Below are positions 28,285 through 38,171 of a stretch of 64,000 bases of DNA, in pieces. The notes beneath the pieces are model-generated. The model ran no database searches. It saw only the letters and a program-made list of their open reading frames with translations, and was not told the origin of the DNA. The DNA is from Rhabdothermincola salaria (lineage in GTDB: Bacteria > Actinomycetota > Acidimicrobiia > Acidimicrobiales > Acidimicrobilacustridaceae), in assembly GCF_021246445.1 (NCBI RefSeq), contig NZ_JAJQXW010000001.1, positions 1,320,168 to 1,384,167 on the forward strand, written 5' to 3'. The first letter of the stretch is position 1; each line of letters starts with the position of its first letter. Position numbers and translations under genes: made by a program.

Positions 28285-29742
28285 TCAGCGCTGCACGCCG
28301 CCCTTGGTCATGGACAGCACGTCGAGGGCACGGTCGAGCTCCTCCTCGGTCATGAGGCCGGTCTCGAGGGCCAGCTCACGGATCGAGCGGCCGGTGCTCA
28401 CCGACACCTTCACCAGCTCGGCGGCTGCCTCGTAGCCGATGAAGGGGTTCAACGAGGTGCCGAGCGACGGCGAGGACTCGGCGTAGTCCCGGCAGCGCTC
28501 CTCGTCGGCCTCGATGCCGTCGATGCAGCGTTCGGCGAAGAGTCGGCTCACGTTGGCCAGCAGGCGGATCGACTCCAGCACGTTGCGGGCCATCATCGGC
28601 ATGTACACGTTCAGCTCGAAGTTGCCCTGAGAACCGCCGAAGGCCACGGCGGCGTCGTTTCCGATCACCTGGGCGGCGACCTGGGTGACCGCCTCGGGCA
28701 GCACCGGGTTGACCTTGCCCGGCATGATCGACGAGCCGGGTTGGAGGTCGGGCAGGCGGATCTCGGCCAGACCCGTGCGGGGCCCCGACGCCATCCAGCG
28801 CACGTCGTTGGCGATCTTGGTGAGGGCCACCGCCGCCACCCGCAGCTGGCCGGAGGCCTCGACCAGCGCGTCACGGGCGCCCTGCGAGGCGAAGTGGTCG
28901 GAGGCCTCCGAGAGCGGCAGGCCGGTGCGCTCCCGCAACGTCTCGATGACCTTGGGGGCGAAGCGACGCGGCGCGTTGATCCCCGTTCCGACGGCGGTGC
29001 CGCCGAGGGGGAGCTCCCCCAGGCGGGGCAGCACGTCGTGGAGGCGGGCCACGCACTGCTCCACCTGGGTGGCGTACCCCCCGAACTCCTGGCCCAGGGT
29101 GACCGGGGTGGCGTCCATGAGGTGGGTGCGGCCGGACTTCACCACGGTTCGGAAGCGACGGGCCCGCCGACGCAGCGAGGCCTCGAGCTGGGTGAGGGCG
29201 GGGATCAGCTCGAAGGCGATGGCCTCCGACGCGGCCAGGTGCACGGCGCTGGGGAACACGTCGTTGGAGCTCTGCGAGGCGTTCACGTGGTCGTTGGGGT
29301 GAACCTCGGCGGCGCCGCCCAGGTGCTGTGAGGCGAGGGTGGCGATGACCTCGTTGGCGTTCATGTTCGACGACGTGCCCGACCCTGTCTGGAAGACGTC
29401 GACCGGGAACTCGTCGTCCCAGCGACCCTCGGCCACCTCATCGGCGGCCGCGGCGATGGCCTCGCCCATGCGGCGGTCGACCGCCGGCACGTCGCGCAGC
29501 GAGGCGTTCACCGGTCCGGCTGCGCCCTTGACCAGGGCCAGGGCCCGGATCAGCGCCCGATCGATGGGCTGGCCCGAGATGGGGAAGTTCTCGACGGCCC
29601 GCTGGGTCTGGGCCCGGTAGAGCGCACCGGCGGGCACCAGGACCTCGCCCATCGAGTCGTGCTCGACCCGGTGGGTCGGGCGGTCGGGCAGGTCGTCGCC
29701 CGGCGAATCGCCGGTTTCGGGCAGGCGGGTCTCGTCGCTCAT
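28285..29742 (-). CDS. fumC: Class II fumarate hydratase
   Basis: [33 protein letters not shown]. Confidence 0.95.
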   Translation of the reverse strand: MSDETRLPETGDSPGDDLPDRPTHRVEHDSMGEVLVPAGALYRAQTQRAVENFPISGQPIDRALIRALALVKGAAGPVNASLRDVPAVDRRMGEAIAAAADEVAEGRWDDEFPVDVFQTGSGTSSNMNANEVIATLASQHLGGAAEVHPNDHVNASQSSNDVFPSAVHLAASEAIAFELIPALTQLEASLRRRARRFRTVVKSGRTHLMDATPVTLGQEFGGYATQVEQCVARLHDVLPRLGELPLGGTAVGTGINAPRRFAPKVIETLRERTGLPLSEASDHFASQGARDALVEASGQLRVAAVALTKIANDVRWMASGPRTGLAEIRLPDLQPGSSIMPGKVNPVLPEAVTQVAAQVIGNDAAVAFGGSQGNFELNVYMPMMARNVLESIRLLANVSRLFAERCIDGIEADEERCRDYAESSPSLGTSLNPFIGYEAAAELVKVSVSTGRSIRELALETGLMTEEELDRALDVLSMTKGGVQR

Positions 29743-29751
29743 GCGGCGAAC

Positions 29752-31530
29752 CTACCCAGGCCCTCCCGTGAGCGACGTCGCGGTGGTCGGCGTGGTCGGC
29801 GCTCCGTCGACGGGGTCGTCGGTCCGACCGGCGTCGCCGGCGCGCTCTGCGGTGTCGGTCGTGGCCGTCGGGTCGAGCCAGATCTGGGCGAGGGCGACGG
29901 TCACACCGTCCTGTCCGAGGCCGCGCCCGCCTCCGGGGAGCTCCCAGCTGGTGACGTCGCGCACGCCGGGCACGAAGGCCACGCCCTGGCGCAGCTGCAC
30001 CAGGAAGAGCCAGGGCACGTCGTTGAACAGCTGCTCCTGGACGATGCGGTAGGCCTCCACCTGGGCGGCCACGTCGGCGGTGGCCCGCGCTTCATCGAAC
30101 GACTCGGTGACGACCGGGTTGACGTAGCGCGTGAGGTTGGGGTTCACGAGGGGCTGCTCACCCGGGAGGCCCCGGAACTCAGGCTCGTAGAGGTCCGGGT
30201 GGGCGGCCACGAACCCGATGGTGATGGCGGCCTGGTACTGGCCCCGGGCGAGGCGGTCGGCGAGCTCGGCGTCGGTGACGGGGACGAGCGTCACCGAGAT
30301 GTCGACCTCGGCGAGCTGCCGGCGCCACAGGCGGGCCGTGTCGCCCAGCAAGGGGTCGGGCGGGACCAGCAACTCGACCGCCAACGGCTCCCCCGCCTCC
30401 TCGGCGTAGGTGGCGGCCTCCCCCCGGGATCGAGGGCCGTCGGGAACGGGCAGGGGCAGGTCGGAGAACCACGGAGAGGGGTCGCTGATCAGGCTGCGGG
30501 CCAAGGTGCCCTCGCCGTCGAGCACGTCGTCGACCATCTCGTCTCGATCGGTGGCCAGACCGACGGCCCGACGGGCACTGATGCGGTCGAAGGGGGCCTG
30601 GGCGGTGTTGAGGGCGATGGCCACCTTGGGCGACTCGGCGTTGCGATCCTCGACCACGGTCACGGTGTCGCGGCGCGCGGCCCGGTCGAGGCGAACGAGC
30701 TGATCGGGACGGTCCGCCGCCACCAGATCGGCCTCGCCGGCGATGACCGCCGCCACGCGCTCCATCGGATCGACCAGCACCGGGAAGGCCACCGCATCGA
30801 GCCGCGGCAACCCGGCCTGCCAGTAGAAGTCGTTGGCCACCAAGACGATGCCGCCCTGGGCCGCGTCGGTGGCGACGGTCGCCTCGTCGGCCCGAGGCAT
30901 CCGGAACGGACCCGTGCCGACCGGGAGGGCTCCCCCACCGACCAGCGTGGCCGGCGAGGCCACGTAGCCGACCTGGGTGGCCAGCGTCTCGGCGAAGGTG
31001 GACCACGGCCCCGACATCGCGACCTCGACCGTCAACGACGACGGCGTGCTCACCGACACCACGGGGGCGAGGAGGTCGGCTCCGACCACCGACGCCCGCT
31101 GGGCCTCCAGGTTGGCGGCCACGGCCGAGGCGTCGAGCGGGGTGCCGTCGTGGAAGAGGACGCCCCGCCGCAGACGGATGGTCCACGTGGTGAAGTCGTC
31201 GTTGGGTTCGAGGGCCTCGACCAGCTGCCCCACTGCGGAGCCGTTGGCGTCGTAGACGACGAGGCGGTCGTAGAGCCCGCGCGCCACCTGGGCCGCGGAG
31301 CTGTCCCACACCTGGGCCGCAGGGCTCCAGTCGAGCGGCAGAGGTCCGCTGGCCACCCGGAGCACCCCGCCCTCGACGGGCACGACCGGCTCGTCGGTCG
31401 GGACGGGGGGAGGTGGAACGACGGGCGGATCGGCCGTCCCGCCGTCGGTGCAGGCACCGACGAACACCACCACGGCCAGCACCCAGGCCAGCCACCGGAC
31501 CGTCGCCCGCCCAGAGCGCCTCGGGGTCAC
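29752..31530 (-). CDS. ABC transporter substrate-binding lipoprotein (family 5), orphan
   Basis: Lipobox VGAC; LRRGVLFHDGTPLDA, PVGTGPF; no permease nearby. Confidence 0.85.
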   Translation of the reverse strand: MTPRRSGRATVRWLAWVLAVVVFVGACTDGGTADPPVVPPPPVPTDEPVVPVEGGVLRVASGPLPLDWSPAAQVWDSSAAQVARGLYDRLVVYDANGSAVGQLVEALEPNDDFTTWTIRLRRGVLFHDGTPLDASAVAANLEAQRASVVGADLLAPVVSVSTPSSLTVEVAMSGPWSTFAETLATQVGYVASPATLVGGGALPVGTGPFRMPRADEATVATDAAQGGIVLVANDFYWQAGLPRLDAVAFPVLVDPMERVAAVIAGEADLVAADRPDQLVRLDRAARRDTVTVVEDRNAESPKVAIALNTAQAPFDRISARRAVGLATDRDEMVDDVLDGEGTLARSLISDPSPWFSDLPLPVPDGPRSRGEAATYAEEAGEPLAVELLVPPDPLLGDTARLWRRQLAEVDISVTLVPVTDAELADRLARGQYQAAITIGFVAAHPDLYEPEFRGLPGEQPLVNPNLTRYVNPVVTESFDEARATADVAAQVEAYRIVQEQLFNDVPWLFLVQLRQGVAFVPGVRDVTSWELPGGGRGLGQDGVTVALAQIWLDPTATTDTAERAGDAGRTDDPVDGAPTTPTTATSLTGGPG

Positions 31531-32297
31531 CGAGCCGTCCAACCACCATCGACGGGAAGGGTGTGGCCGGTCACGTAGGCACTGGCGTCGGACGCCAGGA
31601 ACAGCAGGGCGCCGTCGAGCTCATGAGGCTCACCACCGCGGCCGATCGGTGTGTTGCGTTCGACGAAGCGAACCGAACCCGGATCGGTGAACATCACCTC
31701 GGCCATCTCGGTGCGGAACCAGCCCGGCGCCAGCGCGTTCACCCGCACCCCACGTCGGACCCACTCGGATCCGAGCTGACGGGTCAGCCCCACGACCGCG
31801 TGCTTGGAGGCCACGTAGCTGGCCTCGTTGATCGGGGTGGAGGCCACCAGGCCGAGGATGGAGCTCACGTTGACGATCGACCCCCGACCGGCCTCCAGCA
31901 TCGGACGCGCGGCCAGCTGCGAGAGCCGGTAGACGGAGTCGACGTTGACGTCCATCACCCAGCGATAGTGCTCGACGGTCTCCTCCTCGGCCCGCATGGG
32001 GTCGGAGACGCCGGCGTTGTTCACCAAGACGTCGATGCGACCGTGGGCATCCATGGCGGTCGCCACCAGCCGTTCGAGGTCGGCTTCGACGCTGACGTCG
32101 GTGGGCACCGCTATCGATCCGGGCAGGTCGGCGGCGAGCGCCTCGAGGCGGTCGGCCCGCCGGGCGGCGAGCACCACCCGGGCGCCAGCCGCGTGCAGCA
32201 CGCGGGCGAAGCGATCGCCGAGGCCGCTCGAGGCCCCGGTGACGATGGCGACACGGTCGTCGAGGCGGAACAGGTCGGAGAGATCGAGATCGGACAC
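31527..32297 (-). CDS. SDR family oxidoreductase
   Basis: TGASSGLG, NNAG, YVASK, VDGG. Confidence 0.93.
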   Translation of the reverse strand: MSDLDLSDLFRLDDRVAIVTGASSGLGDRFARVLHAAGARVVLAARRADRLEALAADLPGSIAVPTDVSVEADLERLVATAMDAHGRIDVLVNNAGVSDPMRAEEETVEHYRWVMDVNVDSVYRLSQLAARPMLEAGRGSIVNVSSILGLVASTPINEASYVASKHAVVGLTRQLGSEWVRRGVRVNALAPGWFRTEMAEVMFTDPGSVRFVERNTPIGRGGEPHELDGALLFLASDASAYVTGHTLPVDGGWTAR

Positions 32298-32360
32298 GGT
32301 CGACGACCGTACTCGCCCGTCCCCCTGCCCCGGACCTCACCGCCATGGCAGGATCGCCCG

Positions 32361-33287
32361 ATGACCACCGCCTCGACCACCACCCGCCGCGGCACCAAGG
32401 TGCGCATCGGGGTGGGGCTGGGCACGGCCACGACCGCAGTCAGCGGCCCCGGCTTCGGCCCCCTCGTCGACCGCCTCGAGGCGCTGCGCTTCGACAGCCT
32501 ATGGCTCTCGGAACGGATCAGCGGCCCCGCCCCCGATCCTCTCGTGGCCCTCGCCGTGGCCGCCGGACGGACCGAGCGCTTGAAGCTGGGCACGTCCGTG
32601 CTCGTCGTCCCCGGCCGCAACCCGGTGCTGTTGGCCAAGGAGATGGCCTCGCTCGACGTGCTGTCCCAGGGACGGTTCCTCCCCGCCGTGGGGCTGGGGG
32701 CGGTCGACCCCGTCGAACAGCAGGCCTTCGGGGTCCGGCGCGAGGAGCGCGGCCGACGCCTCGACGAGGCCCTCGAGCTGATGCGGCGCCTCTGGTCCGG
32801 TGAGCCCGTCGACCACCAGGGCGACTTCTACGAGGTGCAGGGGGTCCGTGTCCTGCCCCGGCCTCACCAGGACACGCTCGACGTGTGGCTCGGAGGCATC
32901 GCCCCGAGCGAGTTGCGCCGCGTCGGACGCATCGGCGACGGCTGGCTGCCGTCGTTCTGCACACCCGAGGACGTGATCGAGGGGATCGCCGTGATCGAGG
33001 AGGCCGCGACCGCCGCCGGGCGGACGTCCGACCCCGAGCACTACGGGGTGCTTCTGGCGTATTGCGACGGACCGGTGCCGCCGCGCATCGCCGAGCTGGT
33101 CGCCCGCCGACGTCCCGGTCTCGATCCCCGCCGGGTGGTGCCGGACTTCTCCCAGCTGTCGGGCCTCGTCAACGACTTCATCGCGGCCGGGGCCACCAAG
33201 TTCGTGGCCATGCCGCTCGGCGACGCCGACGACTGGGATGCCGAGCTGGGGCGCCTCGCCGATGCCCTGCTCCCGCTCGAGACCTGA
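32361..33287 (+). CDS. LLM-class flavin/F420-dependent oxidoreductase
   Basis: FDSLWLSE, RLKLGTSV, LAKEMASLD, GDGWLPS. Confidence 0.88.
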   Translation: MTTASTTTRRGTKVRIGVGLGTATTAVSGPGFGPLVDRLEALRFDSLWLSERISGPAPDPLVALAVAAGRTERLKLGTSVLVVPGRNPVLLAKEMASLDVLSQGRFLPAVGLGAVDPVEQQAFGVRREERGRRLDEALELMRRLWSGEPVDHQGDFYEVQGVRVLPRPHQDTLDVWLGGIAPSELRRVGRIGDGWLPSFCTPEDVIEGIAVIEEAATAAGRTSDPEHYGVLLAYCDGPVPPRIAELVARRRPGLDPRRVVPDFSQLSGLVNDFIAAGATKFVAMPLGDADDWDAELGRLADALLPLET

Positions 33288-33318
33288 CCCGACGCTCGCG
33301 GCGGGGCCGACGCGACGC

Positions 33319-33771
33319 TCAGGCCGGATCCATGACGAAGGCCATCAGTTCGACCCGGGTGCCGTCGGGGTCGGCCAGGAAGAGCAGCTCGGTGCGACCC
33401 CCGGGGAAGGGGATGACCGTGCGGGTGGACTCCAGGACGGTGCAGCCCAGCTCGACGAGGCGAGCCTCGACCGGGGCGATCTCGTCGACCGTGACGGAGA
33501 GATGGGTGATCCCGAGCTGGTTGCGCTGGGTCGAGGGCGTGCCCTCGACCGGAGGGCTGACCCATCCCAGCAGCTCGATCTTGAAGCCGTCGCGGGCGAT
33601 CATCTGCGAGACCAGCTCGACGCCGTGCGGCACCTCCAGTGTGTCGGCGACCTCGTCGCCGATGTCGTAACGCTCCGCCGGCTCGAAGCCGAGACCGTCG
33701 CAGTAGATGCGCATGGACCGGTCGAGGTCGGACACGCACAGGCCGATGTGGGAAACCGAGATCTGAGCCAT
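33319..33771 (-). CDS. VOC/glyoxalase family protein
   Basis: SHIGLCVSDLDRS, IELL, THLS, DPDGTRVEL. Confidence 0.9.
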   Translation of the reverse strand: MAQISVSHIGLCVSDLDRSMRIYCDGLGFEPAERYDIGDEVADTLEVPHGVELVSQMIARDGFKIELLGWVSPPVEGTPSTQRNQLGITHLSVTVDEIAPVEARLVELGCTVLESTRTVIPFPGGRTELLFLADPDGTRVELMAFVMDPA

Positions 33772-33879
33772 CGGGGCACCCTACGACGCCCACACGAAGC
33801 CAGTCAGTGCTGGGGTCACGCTCGCGGTCACCGACAGCAGCCCAGCACCATCACCAGGCTGCGAGAGCGATCCTCACGG

Positions 33880-34002
33880 TCAGTACTCGGCGTCGAGGTC
33901 GTCGACCTCGGTGGCCTCGTAGGCCCGACGGCGTCGCTGCAGGCTCAGCCAGGCCCCCACCACGACGAGGGCCAACAGGGCGAAGATCAACGTGAGCAGC
34001 AC
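33880..34002 (-). CDS. Putative 40-aa single-pass membrane protein (below ORF track cut-off)
   Basis: MLLTLIFALLALVVVGAWLSLQRRRRAYEATEVDDLDAEY; essentially all third positions G/C. Confidence 0.6.
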   Translation of the reverse strand: MLLTLIFALLALVVVGAWLSLQRRRRAYEATEVDDLDAEY

Positions 34003-34039
34003 CCGCCCAGCATCGCAGACCCGCGGGGCGACCTCTCGT

Positions 34040-34594
34040 TCAGCTCACCATCTCGATCTCGGCCACCACCACCGGCGACGACTCGACGGTGCAGTCGGCG
34101 ACGACCTGGTCGCCGCCACTGGAGAAGGTGAACCGGTAGTCGACGTCGACGAAGGCGATGGTGACCGTGCCCGGTCCGGTGGTGTCGATGATGTGGTCGA
34201 ACGTCTCGAACGGCACGGTCGTCCCGACCGGATAGTCGGCGGGGCCCTGGTCGAACTGGACCGTTCCGGGCGATGCGACGGGCCCGGTGATCTCGTAGGT
34301 GCTGGTGATCACGAGGTCGTAGACCGTGATGCTCGCCGGCGAGAGACCGGGCATCTCGAGCTGCACGCTCACGGGGACGTCGACGCCGGCCAGGGCGGTC
34401 TCCGGGGCGGTGACGGTGACGATGCCGATCTGCTCGCTCACCACCGGGGACTGAGGATCGAACACGCAGGTGAAGTCCACCTGCGTGGAGTTGGTGACGG
34501 GTGGACCGCATGCCGAGGCCAGCAGCGCCGCGGCCCCGACCACGACCAGCGATGGGAAGCGGGATCGGCGTGCCCGCGAACGTCCTCGACTCAT
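34040..34594 (-). CDS. Hypothetical lipoprotein, beta-rich
   Basis: AGGAGGAG SD; basic N-region, lipobox LASAC; two further Cys; start 34594 or 34600. Confidence 0.7.
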   Translation of the reverse strand: MSRGRSRARRSRFPSLVVVGAAALLASACGPPVTNSTQVDFTCVFDPQSPVVSEQIGIVTVTAPETALAGVDVPVSVQLEMPGLSPASITVYDLVITSTYEITGPVASPGTVQFDQGPADYPVGTTVPFETFDHIIDTTGPGTVTIAFVDVDYRFTFSSGGDQVVADCTVESSPVVVAEIEMVS

Positions 34595-34687
34595 CGTCAA
34601 CACGCTCCTCCTGCGACGACCGGGAAGGGGCTCAGACCTGGTCGGCTCGGTGCCGACGCGGCGACCCGTCCACGGGGCGACCATGGT

Positions 34688-37234
34688 TCACGACGGTTCG
34701 GACGTTACGCCGATCTGTGCCGGTTGTGAACCCCCACGGTCCTCGACGAGGACGAGGCCGACCACAGCCAGGTCGTCGTCGCGACGGCGACCGGCGAGGA
34801 GGCCTTCGACCGTGTGGGAGAGCACTTCGTCCGCAGGCGATGCAGGGCCAGATGCCAACACCGCACAGACGCGTTCGAGGCCGACGTCGATGATCTCGCC
34901 GCGCCGCTCCACGAGACCGTCGGTGAACAGGACCATCACGTCGCCCCGTTCGAGACCGACCCCGGAGGTCTCGTAGGACACCGACCGACGGACACCGAGG
35001 GGCAGCCCCACGACCTGGTCGAGGGTCGCGGCGCGGTCGCCCCGACGCAGCAGCGGCGGGTAGTGGCCGGCGGAGGCCCATCGGGCCGAGCGCTGGTCCT
35101 CGGAGATGACCATGTAGCTGCACGTCACGAAGGGTCGGTCGTCGCCCTCGGCGGCGATGGCCCCGTTGGCCCGACGCAGCACCTCGTCCGGCTCGAGCCC
35201 CTCGAGGGCGAGGGCTCGCACCACGTTGCGCACCTGCACCATGGTGCGGGCGGCCTCGTCTCCGTGTCCGGCGACATCGGCCACGACCACGCCCACGTCT
35301 CCACAGGAGGGCAGCGAGAAGACGTCGTACCAATCGCCCCCGACGGGCATCTCGGCCCGCGCCGGCTCGTAGCGCACGGCGATGTCGAGCCCGTCCACCC
35401 GGGGGAGCTCGTCGGGCAGGCAGGCCGCTTGGAGGAGCTCCACGGCCATGCGGGTCCTCTCCTGCTCCGATCGGGCCTGGCGCAGCTCGCGCTCGGCCAG
35501 CACGGCCGACGTCTCGTCGCGGGCCGCCGCCAGGTACCCGTCCTCGAACGGGACGACCTGCAACGTCCACCACCCGTCGATCGGCCGTCCCTCCGCCGTG
35601 GTGCCCTCGTAGCGCTGCCGCTCGAGCACCAGGGGCTCCTGGCGATCGACCACGGCCCGGAACGCGTCGAACAAGCCGAGCTCCACCCAGCCGGGATAGA
35701 GCTCCAGGACCCGCTGTCCGATCAACTCGGGCGCAGAGCGGCCGGCACCGTCGGCGGTGCCGGCGTTCATGTACTCGACGGTGAAGTCCACGATGTCGCC
35801 GGCCTCGTCGCGGATCGGACGGCAGATGGTGACCTGGTCGAGGAGGGCATCGAGGGCTCGCCGGAACTGGTCCCGGTGGAGCCGCTCGCGCAGGCGCATG
35901 TTCTCGATCGCCGCACCCACGCGCTCGCCGACCACCTGGGCGAGCGCCACGTCGTCGTGGGTGAAGGGACGGCTCCCGGCGACGTTCACGAAGAGGATGG
36001 CGCCCAGCACCCCGTGGCCGGCCTCGACGGGGACGGTGATCGCGCTGTGCAGCCGGAGCTCGCGGGCCACCTCTTTGGCCCCCTCCGGGGCATCGAGCCC
36101 ATCGATGAACGACTCGTCCAACTCGGCGATGAACTCCGTCCCTCCCCCTCTGAGCACGGCCGCGACTCCACCGGTCGCATCGGGGTCGTAGGGGTAGCGG
36201 ACCTGGAGCTCCTGAGCGAGCGCCACCATCTCCGGGTCGACGTGGGCGACCTCGACGACCGGCGGCTCGTCGTCCTCCTCGGGCATCACGGTGACCGAGC
36301 ACCAGTCACCCAGGCGACGGACGGCCGAGAACGCCACGTTGGTCATGAGGGACCGCTCGTCGGTCGCGCTGTCGATCGCGTCGTTGAGGTGCACGAGGAA
36401 CTCGAGTCGCTCGGCATTGAGGCGCTCGGCCGCGGCGGCGCCCTCGAGGGCGTCGAGCGCCCGGCGCAGCTCCTCGGTGGCGAGGACCCGCTCGGTGACG
36501 TCGGCCGCGCAGCCGATGGTGCCCGTGACCGTGCCGGCGTCATCGACGGTGACGGCGCCGCGACCCTCCAGCCAGCGCACGGTCCCGTCCGGCCACACCG
36601 CTCGGTGGTTCACGACGTAGGAGCCACGCGAGGCGATGGCCTGGTCGACGGCGGCGAGCGACTGCGCCCGGTCGTCGGGGTGGAGACGCTCGACCCAGCC
36701 CTCGAAGGTGCCGTCGAACGCCCCGTGGTCGAGACCGAAGAGCTCCTCGAGACGGGGGCTCCACTGGGTGCGGCCCGTCGCCCGGTCCCACCGCCAGGTG
36801 CCGAGCCCGCCGGCATCGAGCGCCAGCCGGAGCCGGTCGGCGAGCTCGCCCAGACGCCGGGCGACGCCCTGGCGTTCGCGCAGGTCCTCGAACGCCCAGA
36901 TCCACCAGCCCTCCTCGGAACCCTCCTTCGGCAGCGGCCGCTCGTAGAGGAGGACCTTGACCGACGATCCGTCACGGTGGGCGAGGGTGGCGACCCCCTG
37001 CCACGGGAGGCCGGCGATGGCCGAGCGCAGGACCTCCTCGGCCATGTCCCGGTCGGCGAAGGGCACCACCACGTCGGTGCAGAACCGGCCGACCACGTCG
37101 TCCTCGGACCACCCGAGCAACTCGCGGGCCGAGCGGTTCCACAACCTCAGGATCCCTGCGGCATCGGTGACCGCCACCCCTCGTGGCAGCGCGTCGATGG
37201 CCGCTCTGAGAGGGAGCAGCTCGTGGCCAGCCAT
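34688..37234 (-). CDS. PAS/GAF sensor-containing SpoIIE (PP2C) phosphatase
   Basis: PAS repeats (LHPDDR, DGTVRW), GAF, VGGDWYD, ADVAGHG, SAGH, FTDGLVE, DDLA. Confidence 0.9.
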   Translation of the reverse strand: MAGHELLPLRAAIDALPRGVAVTDAAGILRLWNRSARELLGWSEDDVVGRFCTDVVVPFADRDMAEEVLRSAIAGLPWQGVATLAHRDGSSVKVLLYERPLPKEGSEEGWWIWAFEDLRERQGVARRLGELADRLRLALDAGGLGTWRWDRATGRTQWSPRLEELFGLDHGAFDGTFEGWVERLHPDDRAQSLAAVDQAIASRGSYVVNHRAVWPDGTVRWLEGRGAVTVDDAGTVTGTIGCAADVTERVLATEELRRALDALEGAAAAERLNAERLEFLVHLNDAIDSATDERSLMTNVAFSAVRRLGDWCSVTVMPEEDDEPPVVEVAHVDPEMVALAQELQVRYPYDPDATGGVAAVLRGGGTEFIAELDESFIDGLDAPEGAKEVARELRLHSAITVPVEAGHGVLGAILFVNVAGSRPFTHDDVALAQVVGERVGAAIENMRLRERLHRDQFRRALDALLDQVTICRPIRDEAGDIVDFTVEYMNAGTADGAGRSAPELIGQRVLELYPGWVELGLFDAFRAVVDRQEPLVLERQRYEGTTAEGRPIDGWWTLQVVPFEDGYLAAARDETSAVLAERELRQARSEQERTRMAVELLQAACLPDELPRVDGLDIAVRYEPARAEMPVGGDWYDVFSLPSCGDVGVVVADVAGHGDEAARTMVQVRNVVRALALEGLEPDEVLRRANGAIAAEGDDRPFVTCSYMVISEDQRSARWASAGHYPPLLRRGDRAATLDQVVGLPLGVRRSVSYETSGVGLERGDVMVLFTDGLVERRGEIIDVGLERVCAVLASGPASPADEVLSHTVEGLLAGRRRDDDLAVVGLVLVEDRGGSQPAQIGVTSEPS

Positions 37235-37446
37235 CGACGGGGACATTACGCCCGAGGCCCCCAGGCTGCCCACCGATCGCCGCCGCCCGAGCACGCTCGG
37301 TAGCCGTGCGCCCGGTTGGGCGGGCTCCTGGTCACGGGCGGGCGCGGCGACATGGTGCGCGGCGCCGACCCCAGGGGCTCGATCCTGCTCGCCCGCGACA
37401 GCCGCCTCCACTGACCACGACGAGCCTCGACGAGGTCGAGACGACG

Positions 37447-37532
37447 TGCCCGGGGCGGGGTTCGAACCCGCACGCCCCGTGAGGGGCTGGGGGGTTTAAG
37501 CCCCCTGCGTCTGCCAGTTCCGCCACCCGGGC
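37447..37532 (-). tRNA. tRNA-Leu (anticodon TAA)
   Basis: GCCCGGG/CCCGGGC acceptor stem, GGGGG-CTTAAAC-CCCCC anticodon arm, long variable arm, GGTTCGAAC T-loop; CCA not encoded. Confidence 0.95.
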
Positions 37533-37577
37533 CGGTGGCCTCACGGTAGCCAGGGCCCCACCCGCGAGCGCAGGCAG

Positions 37578-38048
37578 TCAGGCCACCCGACGACCGGGCA
37601 CCACCCGGAGCGGGGGCCGCCCCGGGCGACGCTGGTCGGGCGCCGGGAGGGGGCGGCGGGCGGCGAAGCGTCGGGGAGGAGCCTCCCGCCCGTCCGAGGC
37701 GGCCACCTCTTCGGCGTGACGACGGGAACGGGCCACGCTGTCACGGGTGCGCTGCGCCTCGACCTCCACCGCCGCCCACAGCGCGGTGCGCGCCCGGTCG
37801 GCATCGGGACCGACGAGGCGATTGGCGGCCACCACACCTTCGATCATGTCCGCCACCACCGCCGACCACGGACGTTCACGTAGCCGTACCGACACGGTGG
37901 CGCCCCCGGAGCGATGACGTCGAAGCGAACGATCGGCCCCCTCGAGTCGGGGTGGGCTGCGGAACGAGGGCACGTCGAGACCCCGGCGGCGGGCGACCTG
38001 GCCCAGCACTCGGGCAGCGGCGGCGAACCGCACGGACGTGGCTTGCAT
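37578..38048 (-). CDS. Hypothetical protein
   Basis: MQATSVRFAAAARVL...PSFRSPPR...ADMIEGVVAAN; start 38048 or 38057. Confidence 0.65.
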   Translation of the reverse strand: MQATSVRFAAAARVLGQVARRRGLDVPSFRSPPRLEGADRSLRRHRSGGATVSVRLRERPWSAVVADMIEGVVAANRLVGPDADRARTALWAAVEVEAQRTRDSVARSRRHAEEVAASDGREAPPRRFAARRPLPAPDQRRPGRPPLRVVPGRRVA

Positions 38049-38171
38049 GCCTCCCATCCTCCCCACCGCCTGTGACACTCCCCCGGTGGCCCACCCCGGG
38101 GTCGGCCGAGCGGCCGGCTCCCGGCGGGGCTCATCACCCGGGATGTCGTCGACCCTCCGTACCATCCTCGG

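Noticed and set aside
37300..37532. Integrated element at the tRNA 3' end
   Set aside because: No integrase, no duplicated tRNA end and no compositional shift seen
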